The notes beneath the pieces were generated by a model that saw nothing but the letters and a program-made list of their open reading frames with translations, did not search any database and had not been told where the DNA came from. The translations under genes were made by a program, and so were the position numbers. A DNA stretch of 34,867 nt from a virus (Duplodnaviria > Caudoviricetes): IMG/VR virus record IMGVR_UViG_3300022178_001225, positions 1 to 34,867 of that record; one strand, given 5' to 3'. Below are positions 15,444-24,761 of this stretch, piece by piece (the first letter of the stretch is position 1; each line of letters begins with the position of its first letter).

Positions 15444-17396
15444 ATGGGAAATATGCTACCTACAGACTATCAAAACTTTATTGCACTCAGCCGTTACGCA
15501 CGGTGGAAGGAAGAAGAAGGACGCCGTGAAGATTGGCAAGAGACAGTCAGTCGATACTTTGATTACGTAGGTAGTTATATCTATGATACATTTGGCTACC
15601 TGAAAGCTAAAAAGATTCTGTCTGAGGTAGAGGACTCCGTTCTAAACTTAGGCGTCATGCCTTCGATGCGAGCTATGATGACTGCTGGCCCAGCTTTGGA
15701 TCGTTGTCACGTAGGCAGCTACAACTGTAGTTACATTCCCGTAGACAGCCCCCGCTCATTTGATGAGGCTATGTACATTCTAATGTGTGGTACAGGTGTA
15801 GGCTTCAGCGTTGAGCGTGAGAGCGTAGACAAGCTACCCGTAGTCAATGAAGATTTTCATAGCAGCAACACAGTCATTGTCGTTGACGACAGTAAGGCCG
15901 GTTGGTGTAAGGCACTACGTGAACTCATTGCATGTCTGTATGCTGGACAAGTTCCTAAATGGGATATAAGCAGAGTAAGAGCAGCGGGTGCCAGACTTAT
16001 GACGTTTGGCGGCAGGGCATCTGGACCGGAACCTCTTGAAGACTTATTTAACTTCTGCATTGAAAAATTTACAGGTGCAGCAGGACGCAGATTATTCTCC
16101 GTTGAGGCACATGACATCATGTGTAAGATTGGCGAGATTGTAGTTGTAGGTGGTGTACGTAGAAGCGCATTGATCTCTCTATCTAATCTTAGTGACGCAT
16201 CTATGCGTAAGGCTAAGTCAGGTGAGTGGTGGAACAATGAGGCGCAACGTGCGCTGGCTAACAACTCTGTGTCTTACAAGACAAAGCCTACGATGGAAGT
16301 ATTCTTCTCTGAATGGCACTCACTATATGAGAGTAAGTCAGGTGAGCGCGGCATCTTCAACAGACAAGCAGCACACAAACAGGCTGCTAAGAATGGTCGC
16401 AGAAAGCTAGAGACTAAAAACAATAAGCCTATTGAGTGGGGTACTAATCCCTGTTCAGAGATTATTCTGCGACCATATCAATTCTGTAATTTATCTGAGG
16501 TAGTTGTTCGTGCTACAGATACACTAGAGACACTCAAAGAAAAGGTGAGACATGCTACAATCTTAGGTACGTTTCAGTCTTGCATGACTGACTTTAAGTA
16601 TCTACGTTCTATCTGGAAAACTAACACACAAGAAGAGCGTTTGTTGGGTGTAAGTTTAACGGGTATTATGGATCACAACATTCTTAATGGTTCAGACGGT
16701 CTAGCAAAAACAAACAGATGGCTTGTAGAATTAAAACAAGTAGCCATTGACACTAACACAGAGATTGCATTTGAGATGGGCATTCAACAGTCTGCCGCAA
16801 TCACCTGCGTTAAGCCTTCCGGTACTGTGTCACAGCTTGTAGATAGTGCGTCCGGCATTCACGCCCGCCACAATCCACATTATGTACGTACAGTACGTGC
16901 AGATAATAAAGACCCTATGACACAGTTTATGATTGACTCTGGCATTCCTGCTGAACCAGACTTTATGAAACCCGAAAGCACAACAGTGTTCTCTTTTCCT
17001 ATGAAGTCACCGTCAAGTGCTGTGTGTAGAGATGATATGTCAGCCATCGAACAATTAGAATTGTGGAAGGTATATCAAAATGCGTGGTGCGAACACAAGC
17101 CGTCTATCACTGTCAGTGTACGTGAAGAAGAATGGCTAAAGGTAGGAGATTGGGTCTATGAAAACTTTGACAGCATTTCGGGCGTTAGTTTCCTCCCTCA
17201 CGTTGAACATTCTTATAAGCAAGCTCCGTATCAGGATTGCACTGAGTCTGAGTATATTACGCTTAAAGAAGCGATGCCGAAAAACATTGACTGGTCTAAA
17301 CTCAAAGATTATGAAATGGAAGACAACACTTCGGGATCACAAGAACTCGCCTGCACGGCAGGAGTCTGCGAAGTTGTGGACATCACCAGTCGTTAA
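15444..17396 (+). CDS. nrdJ: Class II (adenosylcobalamin-dependent) ribonucleotide reductase
   Basis: YNCS, CGTGVG, VVGGVRRSALI, GTNPCSEI, QFCNL, TCVKPSGTVS, C-terminal CTAGVC pair; no small-subunit gene nearby. Confidence 0.93.
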   Translation: MGNMLPTDYQNFIALSRYARWKEEEGRREDWQETVSRYFDYVGSYIYDTFGYLKAKKILSEVEDSVLNLGVMPSMRAMMTAGPALDRCHVGSYNCSYIPVDSPRSFDEAMYILMCGTGVGFSVERESVDKLPVVNEDFHSSNTVIVVDDSKAGWCKALRELIACLYAGQVPKWDISRVRAAGARLMTFGGRASGPEPLEDLFNFCIEKFTGAAGRRLFSVEAHDIMCKIGEIVVVGGVRRSALISLSNLSDASMRKAKSGEWWNNEAQRALANNSVSYKTKPTMEVFFSEWHSLYESKSGERGIFNRQAAHKQAAKNGRRKLETKNNKPIEWGTNPCSEIILRPYQFCNLSEVVVRATDTLETLKEKVRHATILGTFQSCMTDFKYLRSIWKTNTQEERLLGVSLTGIMDHNILNGSDGLAKTNRWLVELKQVAIDTNTEIAFEMGIQQSAAITCVKPSGTVSQLVDSASGIHARHNPHYVRTVRADNKDPMTQFMIDSGIPAEPDFMKPESTTVFSFPMKSPSSAVCRDDMSAIEQLELWKVYQNAWCEHKPSITVSVREEEWLKVGDWVYENFDSISGVSFLPHVEHSYKQAPYQDCTESEYITLKEAMPKNIDWSKLKDYEMEDNTSGSQELACTAGVCEVVDITSR

Positions 17397-17423
17397 GGCT
17401 AAAGGTAGTACAAAGGAAATTAA

Positions 17424-17927
17424 ATGAAAAGCGTAGAGATAACCATTGAAATGATTGACAAGGCTAGGACCAAAGCTAAAGAGCTTGGTACTCTACGTAA
17501 TTCAATATCAAAAGGAAGGGGGAATTTAATTGGGTTTATTGGTGAGGAAGTAGCACAAACATGCTTGGGTGGAACTGTAGATAATACATATGACTACGAT
17601 ATTGTATTAAGCGATGGTTCAACTGTAGATGTTAAAACAAAAAGCACAAGTGTTAAACCTCTACCACACTATGATTGTAGTGTTTCTGCTTACAATACTA
17701 GACAAAAATGTGACGCATACGCTTTTGTACGAGTTAAACATGACTTGAGTATTGGTTGGTATTTAGGTATAATAGAAAAAGAAACTTACATGGATACAGC
17801 AGAGATGATGCGTAAGGGAGAGATTGATCCCAGTAACGGCTTTAAAATAAAAGCAGATTGTTACAATGTTAAAATATCACAATTACAGGATAAACTATGT
17901 ATAGACAAAAAAGACCACCAAAGTTAA
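17424..17927 (+). CDS. Putative PD-(D/E)XK / restriction-endonuclease-fold protein
   Basis: GFIGEE...YDYDIV...VDVKTK pattern. Confidence 0.55.
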   Translation: MKSVEITIEMIDKARTKAKELGTLRNSISKGRGNLIGFIGEEVAQTCLGGTVDNTYDYDIVLSDGSTVDVKTKSTSVKPLPHYDCSVSAYNTRQKCDAYAFVRVKHDLSIGWYLGIIEKETYMDTAEMMRKGEIDPSNGFKIKADCYNVKISQLQDKLCIDKKDHQS

Positions 17928-18142
17928 AGAATGATCCCCCTCTATCCTTACAGTATAATAAAGGGTATGAAGCTTTTTCTAGTGTTAAACAATGGACACG
18001 AAAGATTGATACTGCAACCATTATTGTGACGGCCTGCCCGTTTAAGGAACACACGATGCAGGCTCGCGAGTGGCAAAGAGGTTATAACAAAGCCTACTTT
18101 GATAATTTGGAGAAACTGCATGAAGCTAATGGAAGACATTAA
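17897..18142 (+). CDS. Ribosome modulation factor-like protein
   Basis: YNKGYEAF...CPF......REWQRGY resembles the RMF pattern GYxA...CPY...RxxWxxGW. Confidence 0.55.
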   Translation: MYRQKRPPKLKNDPPLSLQYNKGYEAFSSVKQWTRKIDTATIIVTACPFKEHTMQAREWQRGYNKAYFDNLEKLHEANGRH

Positions 18143-18497
18143 GGAGTTTATGGATATGAAAGGCGCAGCTATGACGTTAGAAGATTATCAAGATTTTTGC
18201 AAGACTACAGCTATCTATCCTGCAAATACAAAGCTGATGTATCCAGCACTCGGACTTGCCGGTGAGGCTGGTGAGGTAGCCAACAAAGTAAAGAAACTTA
18301 TACGTGATGGTCCACAGAAGCGGCCTGAAGACTGGAAGGAACAGATCGCGGCAGAGTTAGGAGACGTACTGTGGTACTGCTCCGCACTCGCCACTGATCT
18401 GGATATCTCTTTAGGCAGAGTAGCCAAAGATAATATGAACAAGCTTTCATCACGTAAAGATCGTGGCACTATTGGAGGGTCAGGAGATAAGCGTTAG
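18120..18497 (+). CDS. mazG: MazG-family nucleotide pyrophosphohydrolase
   Basis: LGLAGEAGEVANKVKK, ELGDVLWY, NMNKLSSR, GSGDKR; GGAGA SD supports ATG at 18120. Confidence 0.92.
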   Translation: MKLMEDIKEFMDMKGAAMTLEDYQDFCKTTAIYPANTKLMYPALGLAGEAGEVANKVKKLIRDGPQKRPEDWKEQIAAELGDVLWYCSALATDLDISLGRVAKDNMNKLSSRKDRGTIGGSGDKR

Positions 18498-18515
18498 GGT
18501 TCTTATTGCCCTAAT
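18493..18515. terminator. Weak hairpin at the convergence point of the two arms
   Basis: TTAGGGT-TCTTATT-GCCCTAA spans both stop codons; no good U-tract. Confidence 0.25.
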
Positions 18516-21500
18516 CCTGCTCTTGACTGTGCCGCTTCATCTATAGATTCATCATAAGATTCTAAGTATACAGTAGCCAACCCATAAGATTTTTGTTCTG
18601 CAATAGTTGGGCCTCTTAAATACATATAATCTATATTATATAGGGTGTCACCTTTATCTCTCTTTCGTTTTGCTTCTTCGTGACGCCTTGCAAATTCTTT
18701 TTCTACTATTGATGCTTTTGTAGATGAAGCCTTACTATCCCACAAAACCTTTTGTCTGTCATTACTAATGTGATATAAACTATACGCAGCCAACTCACCC
18801 ATAGCTTCTGCTAGTTCTTCTTTGGTTGCATTTTCTTTTTGCATTTTATCTATCTTAATCATTAAGGCAGTTGTTTTTTCGTCGGCCTCTTGATTGTCAG
18901 CCTCCGCCGCAGAAGCTTTAGCTACCTCCCTATAAGATTTTGCTCTACTCTTAATCATATTAGATTGTTGTATAAGTTTTTCTCTTACTGTCATCGGCTC
19001 ACCCGTTTTTATATCTACATCAGAATTATATCTGTTTGAGTTAATAAGATTACTTAAACCTTCAATAGCAGTAAGACGATAATGTTTAGTTTGTAAATTA
19101 TTTAAACGGCTAGAACCTGTGTATGGTAACAGGTCTTTTCTTTTTAATCCTACTCTTGCAACCTCTCTTTCAACTGCTCCAGATTTAGGTGTAAAGGTAA
19201 CACCAACAAATCTAGCAATAGGTGATCTCCTAAATTTTTCCGCGTCTTCATACATATACTGACGTATAGGCAGACGTTCTTGAACGTCAATACCAAATAT
19301 ATTTTCTGGTAAATTTGATGCAGCCATACGTGAAGATATTTGGGTCATAGAAGACTCATCTTCAAGTCCAGCACGTATATCCTTACGTCTTGAGTCAACA
19401 GATAATTGTTCAGATACATCTTTAATCATACGTAAGGGTGTACCAAAACCACCTAAGTATTCAGCCGTAAATTCTGTTAATCTATCGTTTACGGATTGAC
19501 CTCCAACAGAATCAGTGTCCTTAAAAATATCAGCAAGAGCGCCAAAAACCCTGTTTACATTTTCACCACTTCTTACTGGAAAACCACTTAATGTTTCTAC
19601 TGCCATTTTTATGTCAGTACTATTTCTTTTTCTGTTTACTTTCTCTTCAAATACACCACTTTCTAATCTTTGATCTAAAGCTATTAGTAATTCTACAGCA
19701 GCAAAGTATGCACTAACAGGCCACATAGCACGAATGTCTACGCCCATAACGTCGTACCACGGAGTTCCATCTTCTTTACTAGAAAGGTGTTTATATGCGT
19801 AAGCAAAACCAGCAGTACCAATAAGACCTTGAGCAACTGATTCCCTATATTGTGCGCCTGTATATTTGTCACCGGCCAAAGCGCGGGTCATTTTTACTGC
19901 GGGGTTAAGCGGGCTAAATTCATACGTGGTACGAATAGCGTTAACAAAAAATCGTGGAAATGGCATGACAACTGTAGTAAAAGGACGCCATTTTTCCAAA
20001 CCATTCAAAAGATTTTTAGCCATAGCATTTTCTGGAGTAGCTGCAAACGTCATTTTAAGGGCGTCTTGTGTAGCCCCCGTAATAAGACGTTTATCAAGAA
20101 TGCGACCAGACTCAATAAAATGCATTAAACTTTTAATCTCAACCTTCTTTGTATCTTTTGTTGCCGGTATTGATAGTGCAGAACCATATTTTGCTTTGTG
20201 ATCCCTCAGATAGTTTTTAAATCTCTTATCAAGGGCTGACATATAAAAGGCCCTACGATAAAATGAATCAGACGCAATATTAAAATGGTTAATTGTTTCA
20301 ATATAATTGTTTGCATATTTAGTAAATTTACCTTTACTGGCGTCCATAAGATCGGGTTGACTTCTAATCAGGGTCTTATGTAAGTCAGGTGTAAATTCCA
20401 TAGTGGCATCTATGAGAGTTTGACTTTTAGTAGTATTAAGAACAGCCATTATAACAGAGGATGACTCAGCCATAATATCCATCATACCTCTACCGATAGC
20501 TGCTCCATCAATATTTCCTTCCTTTAAACCTACTAGACCCCTGCCAGTATGATACAAAAGGCTATCAACAATATTTACACCTGTTTGAGCTACTACCATA
20601 GTACCACCACTCATTACGTTTCTAGCGGTAGTAACTAACTGACTTGTTAATGAGGAAGTACGAACTCTATCAAACGTCTTAATACCAGTTACTGTATTGT
20701 CTAGTGCTTTCTGATATTTATTGTTACCATTAACTTCCATGTACCCGTCTATAATTTTACGCATACTATCGCTTGTGTTAGGGTAAACTTCGTTAAAAAA
20801 CTCTTTCTTTAATTTAGAAGCTCTAGCCATAGTTTTGGCTGCGGTACTCATAGACTTTCTAGTCATATCTCCAACAGAAATAGCACCATTTGTATAAAAA
20901 GACATGTAGGTAACAAATTCTTTTTTGCTGATGCCCCCTTTAATAAGAGCCTCATCAAGAACAGCCAATACAGCTTTTTCGTCAGCCCTACTTAACTCTT
21001 TTGCATAGCTACCCCTAAACAAATTCTCTATACCATCAAGTCCATCAGCAATTACTGCTGTAACTCTTGTAGGTGGTGCGCCCTTATCGCCTTTAATGCC
21101 TCTGTACGTAGCTGCTGCTTTTTCCCCTAAAACATCTAACATACCGATCTTATCTAAATCTTTTTGTAGTTGTATGGATACCTTACCAATGTTCTCAAAG
21201 ACATCAGCATTTTGTAGTGCGTCAATAGCTTTGTCGTAGTCTTCTTTTTTTATGTTATCTATAAATACAAATTCTTCCTTTACTGCCTTCATTAAAGGTT
21301 CTTTAGCTTTTTTATTGTGTGCTTTACGAGCCTTATCTATTGCTTCAGCGAGTTGAATTGTCTCTAAATCAAGAGCGCCACCAGACGGTGTTGAAGTTAC
21401 GGAGTCAGTTGCTTCCAATGTTTTTTGATATTTTTTCTGTGCTTCTTTAATAGCCTCCATATTGTCGGCACGTTTTTTATTAAAGTTACGTAGCTTTAGA

Positions 21501-22573
21501 TAAGCACCTGCACCTACAGGTACACCCTGTAAAATACCACCTGTAGCACCACTAATAGCAGCCCTACCAAGAGAAAACTCAAGGTCTTCTCGTGATGCCG
21601 TAGGATCATACTTCCCAGTTGAGGGGTCAATGTATCCTAATTTTTCTACGCCTTGTAACATTAAATCATCTACAGTAGACATGGCTGCACTTGCAACTGT
21701 TGCTTTAACTACAGGTTTAGATATAGCAGCTTTTGCTGCGGTTTTTCCTATGTTAGACAATAGGGCGCTTCTAATTGCAGCAGTAGACGCAACTTTAACC
21801 GCCGTAACACCTGCTGCTACACCTGCCCCCGTACCTACAGGCCCAGCTAAAGTCCCCACAGCCCCAGAAAAAAGAATAGTACCTATAGTGCTGGCAGATG
21901 TTGCTGAATAATATATAGTATCACCTACAGCTTTTGCTGCATCCAATGTACTCATTTCATCATCAATAACAGAAGGTGCATTTTTTTCTATGGTATTATA
22001 TATGTCTCCAAATAAACGCTTTTCGTCATCAGACGATGTTTTCAAATGATAAATTTGATCTGCTAAATATACGTCGTTGTATAGGAAAGCTCTATAATGA
22101 TTACTCATAAATCTTTCTAAATAATCTTCGTTAGATTCGTCTTCCTCACGAGCGCCTTGTTTAGTACGTTTTGTATAATAGGTTTCAACCTTATTCATAA
22201 AAGTTTCATCTTGACTAAGTTGCTCTAAGGTAAGAACTTTATCATCATCAGCTTCTGCTGCCTCAATAGGAGTGCCATACTCAAATGCAGGCTGCGTATC
22301 TTCCTCTAGTGAAAAGACTTTAGGGTCATCTTCACTTTCTTCAAAGTCGTTAGGGCTAAAGATAGATTTTTCTCCTGCATAAGAGTAAGCATTATTTTCT
22401 TCTTGCTCTATTATAGCCTCTTCATCTTCTTGCTCTATTATAGCCTCTTCATCTTCTTGCTCATTTTTTTTAGGCAGCACACCTTTATCCTCAGATGCAG
22501 TATTATCATCAAAGTCGTTAGGGCTAAAGATAGATTTTTCGCCTGCGTAGGAATAGTCGATTGTTTCTGACAT
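18503..22573 (-). CDS. Large probable internal virion (ejection) protein (1356 aa)
   Basis: Last gene of the structural arm; acidic N-terminus, Gly/Ala hydrophobic stretch, PFPRFFVN motif. Function inferred from position and size. Confidence 0.65.
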   Translation of the reverse strand: MSETIDYSYAGEKSIFSPNDFDDNTASEDKGVLPKKNEQEDEEAIIEQEDEEAIIEQEENNAYSYAGEKSIFSPNDFEESEDDPKVFSLEEDTQPAFEYGTPIEAAEADDDKVLTLEQLSQDETFMNKVETYYTKRTKQGAREEDESNEDYLERFMSNHYRAFLYNDVYLADQIYHLKTSSDDEKRLFGDIYNTIEKNAPSVIDDEMSTLDAAKAVGDTIYYSATSASTIGTILFSGAVGTLAGPVGTGAGVAAGVTAVKVASTAAIRSALLSNIGKTAAKAAISKPVVKATVASAAMSTVDDLMLQGVEKLGYIDPSTGKYDPTASREDLEFSLGRAAISGATGGILQGVPVGAGAYLKLRNFNKKRADNMEAIKEAQKKYQKTLEATDSVTSTPSGGALDLETIQLAEAIDKARKAHNKKAKEPLMKAVKEEFVFIDNIKKEDYDKAIDALQNADVFENIGKVSIQLQKDLDKIGMLDVLGEKAAATYRGIKGDKGAPPTRVTAVIADGLDGIENLFRGSYAKELSRADEKAVLAVLDEALIKGGISKKEFVTYMSFYTNGAISVGDMTRKSMSTAAKTMARASKLKKEFFNEVYPNTSDSMRKIIDGYMEVNGNNKYQKALDNTVTGIKTFDRVRTSSLTSQLVTTARNVMSGGTMVVAQTGVNIVDSLLYHTGRGLVGLKEGNIDGAAIGRGMMDIMAESSSVIMAVLNTTKSQTLIDATMEFTPDLHKTLIRSQPDLMDASKGKFTKYANNYIETINHFNIASDSFYRRAFYMSALDKRFKNYLRDHKAKYGSALSIPATKDTKKVEIKSLMHFIESGRILDKRLITGATQDALKMTFAATPENAMAKNLLNGLEKWRPFTTVVMPFPRFFVNAIRTTYEFSPLNPAVKMTRALAGDKYTGAQYRESVAQGLIGTAGFAYAYKHLSSKEDGTPWYDVMGVDIRAMWPVSAYFAAVELLIALDQRLESGVFEEKVNRKRNSTDIKMAVETLSGFPVRSGENVNRVFGALADIFKDTDSVGGQSVNDRLTEFTAEYLGGFGTPLRMIKDVSEQLSVDSRRKDIRAGLEDESSMTQISSRMAASNLPENIFGIDVQERLPIRQYMYEDAEKFRRSPIARFVGVTFTPKSGAVEREVARVGLKRKDLLPYTGSSRLNNLQTKHYRLTAIEGLSNLINSNRYNSDVDIKTGEPMTVREKLIQQSNMIKSRAKSYREVAKASAAEADNQEADEKTTALMIKIDKMQKENATKEELAEAMGELAAYSLYHISNDRQKVLWDSKASSTKASIVEKEFARRHEEAKRKRDKGDTLYNIDYMYLRGPTIAEQKSYGLATVYLESYDESIDEAAQSRAGLGQ
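22341..22555. repeat. Nested coding repeats: 32-bp exact direct repeat and 27-bp tandem repeat
   Basis: TCAAAGTCGTTAGGGCTAAAGATAGATTTTTC at 22341-22372 and 22509-22540; CTTCTTGCTCTATTATAGCCTCTTCAT about 2.4 copies at 22399-22462. Confidence 0.9.
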
Positions 22574-22597
22574 TTATGTGTGTACCTTTTATTTAGT

Positions 22598-23989
22598 TTA
22601 TGAATAAAAACTGTTAAGGAATGCCCTAAAGTCAGTAGTAGCTTTTTCATTATTCCTTAGCGTTTCAGGATCAAAGAAAAAGCCGTCTACTAAATACGCG
22701 TGTAAGCTATTAGCAAATGCTGCTTTTGCTACTTTAGTTTCCTTTTCTGAGTTAAGTTTGTTGATTAAATCTTTTTGTGCTGGCAGAAGTGATTTATATT
22801 CGTCACTGTCTTTATCAGTTTTTAAATTATTTCTAACACCGTCTAAAAACTCAGTAAGATTGGTAATATTATTACCTCTTATACGTTTAGCATTTTCAAG
22901 TACATCTAACTTAACACCCCTGAGTTTAGTAGACCAACCAAGTGTTCTTTTTCTGTCATCAACGTCTTCTTGATTCTGCCCAGATACGTATATCCTGAAT
23001 ATAGTTTCTCTTTCCGCTATCTTTTGGGTAATTGGGCCAGCTACATTTCCACCAATACCCATTAACTTTTTTGTGTCCGAGTTTTCATATGCAAAAAATT
23101 CAACTGCACCTTTTACGTTACGCCTAACTTGCGCGTCCATATTATCTATACTATAAGACATTTTTCCTGTTTTATTATTATTAATACGCCCTGCTGCTTT
23201 ATCCGCTGCATAACGCGATTTAGCTATACTAAGTTGTCTTTCAGCTTCTTTAATTCCTTCATCACCACCATATTTATCGGGATCCTTTTTAACACGGTCA
23301 TATCTAGCCCGTGCCTTACTCAAAGCCTCCGTAGAATTTTCAATGGAAAGAAGTGGCACGGGAGCAGCAAGACTTACAAGAGGAATTTCACCCTCCGGTG
23401 TCGTAATGTTAAGCCCAGAAGCTTTCGCTAAACTAGCATACTGTTCTTGTTGCGCCTTCAAAGCTTGTGGTTGCCCCGAACCACCAAACAAAATAGAGTC
23501 CTCTGTAAAAGCAGAAGGTTTGTAGTGAGAGTCAATACCTTTAGGTAGCAAGCTGGGTGAAACAAGAGCCGCAGCCACATCAGTATCCGACATATTTTTA
23601 AAGGCTTCCATATTAACATTAGCAAAGTCAAGACCCTCAAAGGGTGTGTCACCTTGTCCTATGTTAGTACTATAATTATCTAATGCCTTTTGTAAGGAGC
23701 CAGTATCTAAAAATTGTTTTGCCATATTTGCAGCAACAACGCGTCTTTCATCTGAGTCTCCAATCATTGTACTTAATTCAGCAGTTGCTAAATCAAAACG
23801 CTTTCTAGCACTTTCTTTTGCTTGATTATATTTGCCTATATCCTCTTTTACGTCTCGCCTAGCTTGTTGAAAAAGAACGTCTCTCTTAGTTTTTTCCGCC
23901 TCAATTTTTTTATCTCTTTCTTCAGCCGCACTAAGCGTACCTAGAGCGGCACCTTCAAAAGCTTTAGCAAGGGTTAAACCTAAAGACAT
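22598..23989 (-). CDS. Probable internal virion protein (463 aa)
   Basis: Helical/coiled-coil character, amphipathic N-terminus, position among ejection-type genes. Confidence 0.55.
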   Translation of the reverse strand: MSLGLTLAKAFEGAALGTLSAAEERDKKIEAEKTKRDVLFQQARRDVKEDIGKYNQAKESARKRFDLATAELSTMIGDSDERRVVAANMAKQFLDTGSLQKALDNYSTNIGQGDTPFEGLDFANVNMEAFKNMSDTDVAAALVSPSLLPKGIDSHYKPSAFTEDSILFGGSGQPQALKAQQEQYASLAKASGLNITTPEGEIPLVSLAAPVPLLSIENSTEALSKARARYDRVKKDPDKYGGDEGIKEAERQLSIAKSRYAADKAAGRINNNKTGKMSYSIDNMDAQVRRNVKGAVEFFAYENSDTKKLMGIGGNVAGPITQKIAERETIFRIYVSGQNQEDVDDRKRTLGWSTKLRGVKLDVLENAKRIRGNNITNLTEFLDGVRNNLKTDKDSDEYKSLLPAQKDLINKLNSEKETKVAKAAFANSLHAYLVDGFFFDPETLRNNEKATTDFRAFLNSFYS

Positions 23990-23992
23990 ATT

Positions 23993-24538
23993 TTATCTCC
24001 GTGCCATAAGACCAGCAGGCTGTTGCTCTTGCTGGGGTTGTTCCATTGTTTCATCCATCATAGGTTCTTCTTCTTCTGTGTCTAAACCCATAACGTCTTC
24101 GTATTCTGGTTCCATATCTTCTTCTTCTTTTTGAAGCTGAGACATAGCTAAATCAACAAAGTGATCTTTAGATTCTTCAGACCCAGTAGTCAAGCCCATA
24201 TCATATTCGACTTTATACATATCACCTACTAGAGCTACAGTTTCCATAACAACGGGTAGAACTAAAATGCCTACATCAATAGTATGTCTTCCTGATGCTA
24301 CACCACTTGTAACTAGAAACTCCGCAAAGTCAGATACTCTTCTACCACGTTCAAGATTAGCAGCAATCTGAGGCATAATCTGAGGGCTTAAAATTTGTTC
24401 CATATAAAAGTTTACATTTTCCTCAACGGTAGGCATTTGAGGTGATTGTTCGTATGGTTTATTGCCTAGTTCTCCAGTTAAACTTTCACCCGGAACAGCA
24501 ACGTCATAGTCTGCTTCTGTTGGAACTGGATTAACCAT
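23993..24538 (-). CDS. Hypothetical virion-module protein (181 aa)
   Basis: PGESLT.ELG..PYEQ.P motif; acidic C-terminus ending GLMARR. Confidence 0.7.
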   Translation of the reverse strand: MVNPVPTEADYDVAVPGESLTGELGNKPYEQSPQMPTVEENVNFYMEQILSPQIMPQIAANLERGRRVSDFAEFLVTSGVASGRHTIDVGILVLPVVMETVALVGDMYKVEYDMGLTTGSEESKDHFVDLAMSQLQKEEEDMEPEYEDVMGLDTEEEEPMMDETMEQPQQEQQPAGLMARR

Positions 24539-24746
24539 CGTTAACTTCCTTTCTCATATTAGCAACTTGTAAAAGGGCTTGTAGGTGAGGTTCGTAATAG
24601 GGTTGTTCTTCACTAACATCAGGACTACCATTACTCATAAGACCTCCACCGCTAAACTTAGAAGGTTTTTCGTTAGATGTTGTTGGGGTATCTACAATAC
24701 GTTTAATAGCATTTAGATATAAATATGGGGCGTTTAAGTTACTCAT
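24531..24746 (-). CDS. Hypothetical protein (71 aa)
   Basis: Fills the gap; purine-rich SD; overlaps the downstream gene. Confidence 0.65.
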   Translation of the reverse strand: MSNLNAPYLYLNAIKRIVDTPTTSNEKPSKFSGGGLMSNGSPDVSEEQPYYEPHLQALLQVANMRKEVNDG

Positions 24747-24761
24747 TATATATTTCCCTTA

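Noticed and set aside
10191-17396. Inteins or introns in polA, helicase or nrdJ
   Set aside because: All are uninterrupted and of ordinary length; the only insert seen is the zinc finger.
43-18469. Minus-strand and alternate-frame ORFs over the left arm
   Set aside because: Fully overlap well-supported + strand genes.
22399-22540. Repeats as a mini CRISPR array or DGR template/variable pair
   Set aside because: In-frame coding repeats with no spacers, no adenine-specific mismatch pattern and no reverse transcriptase in the window.
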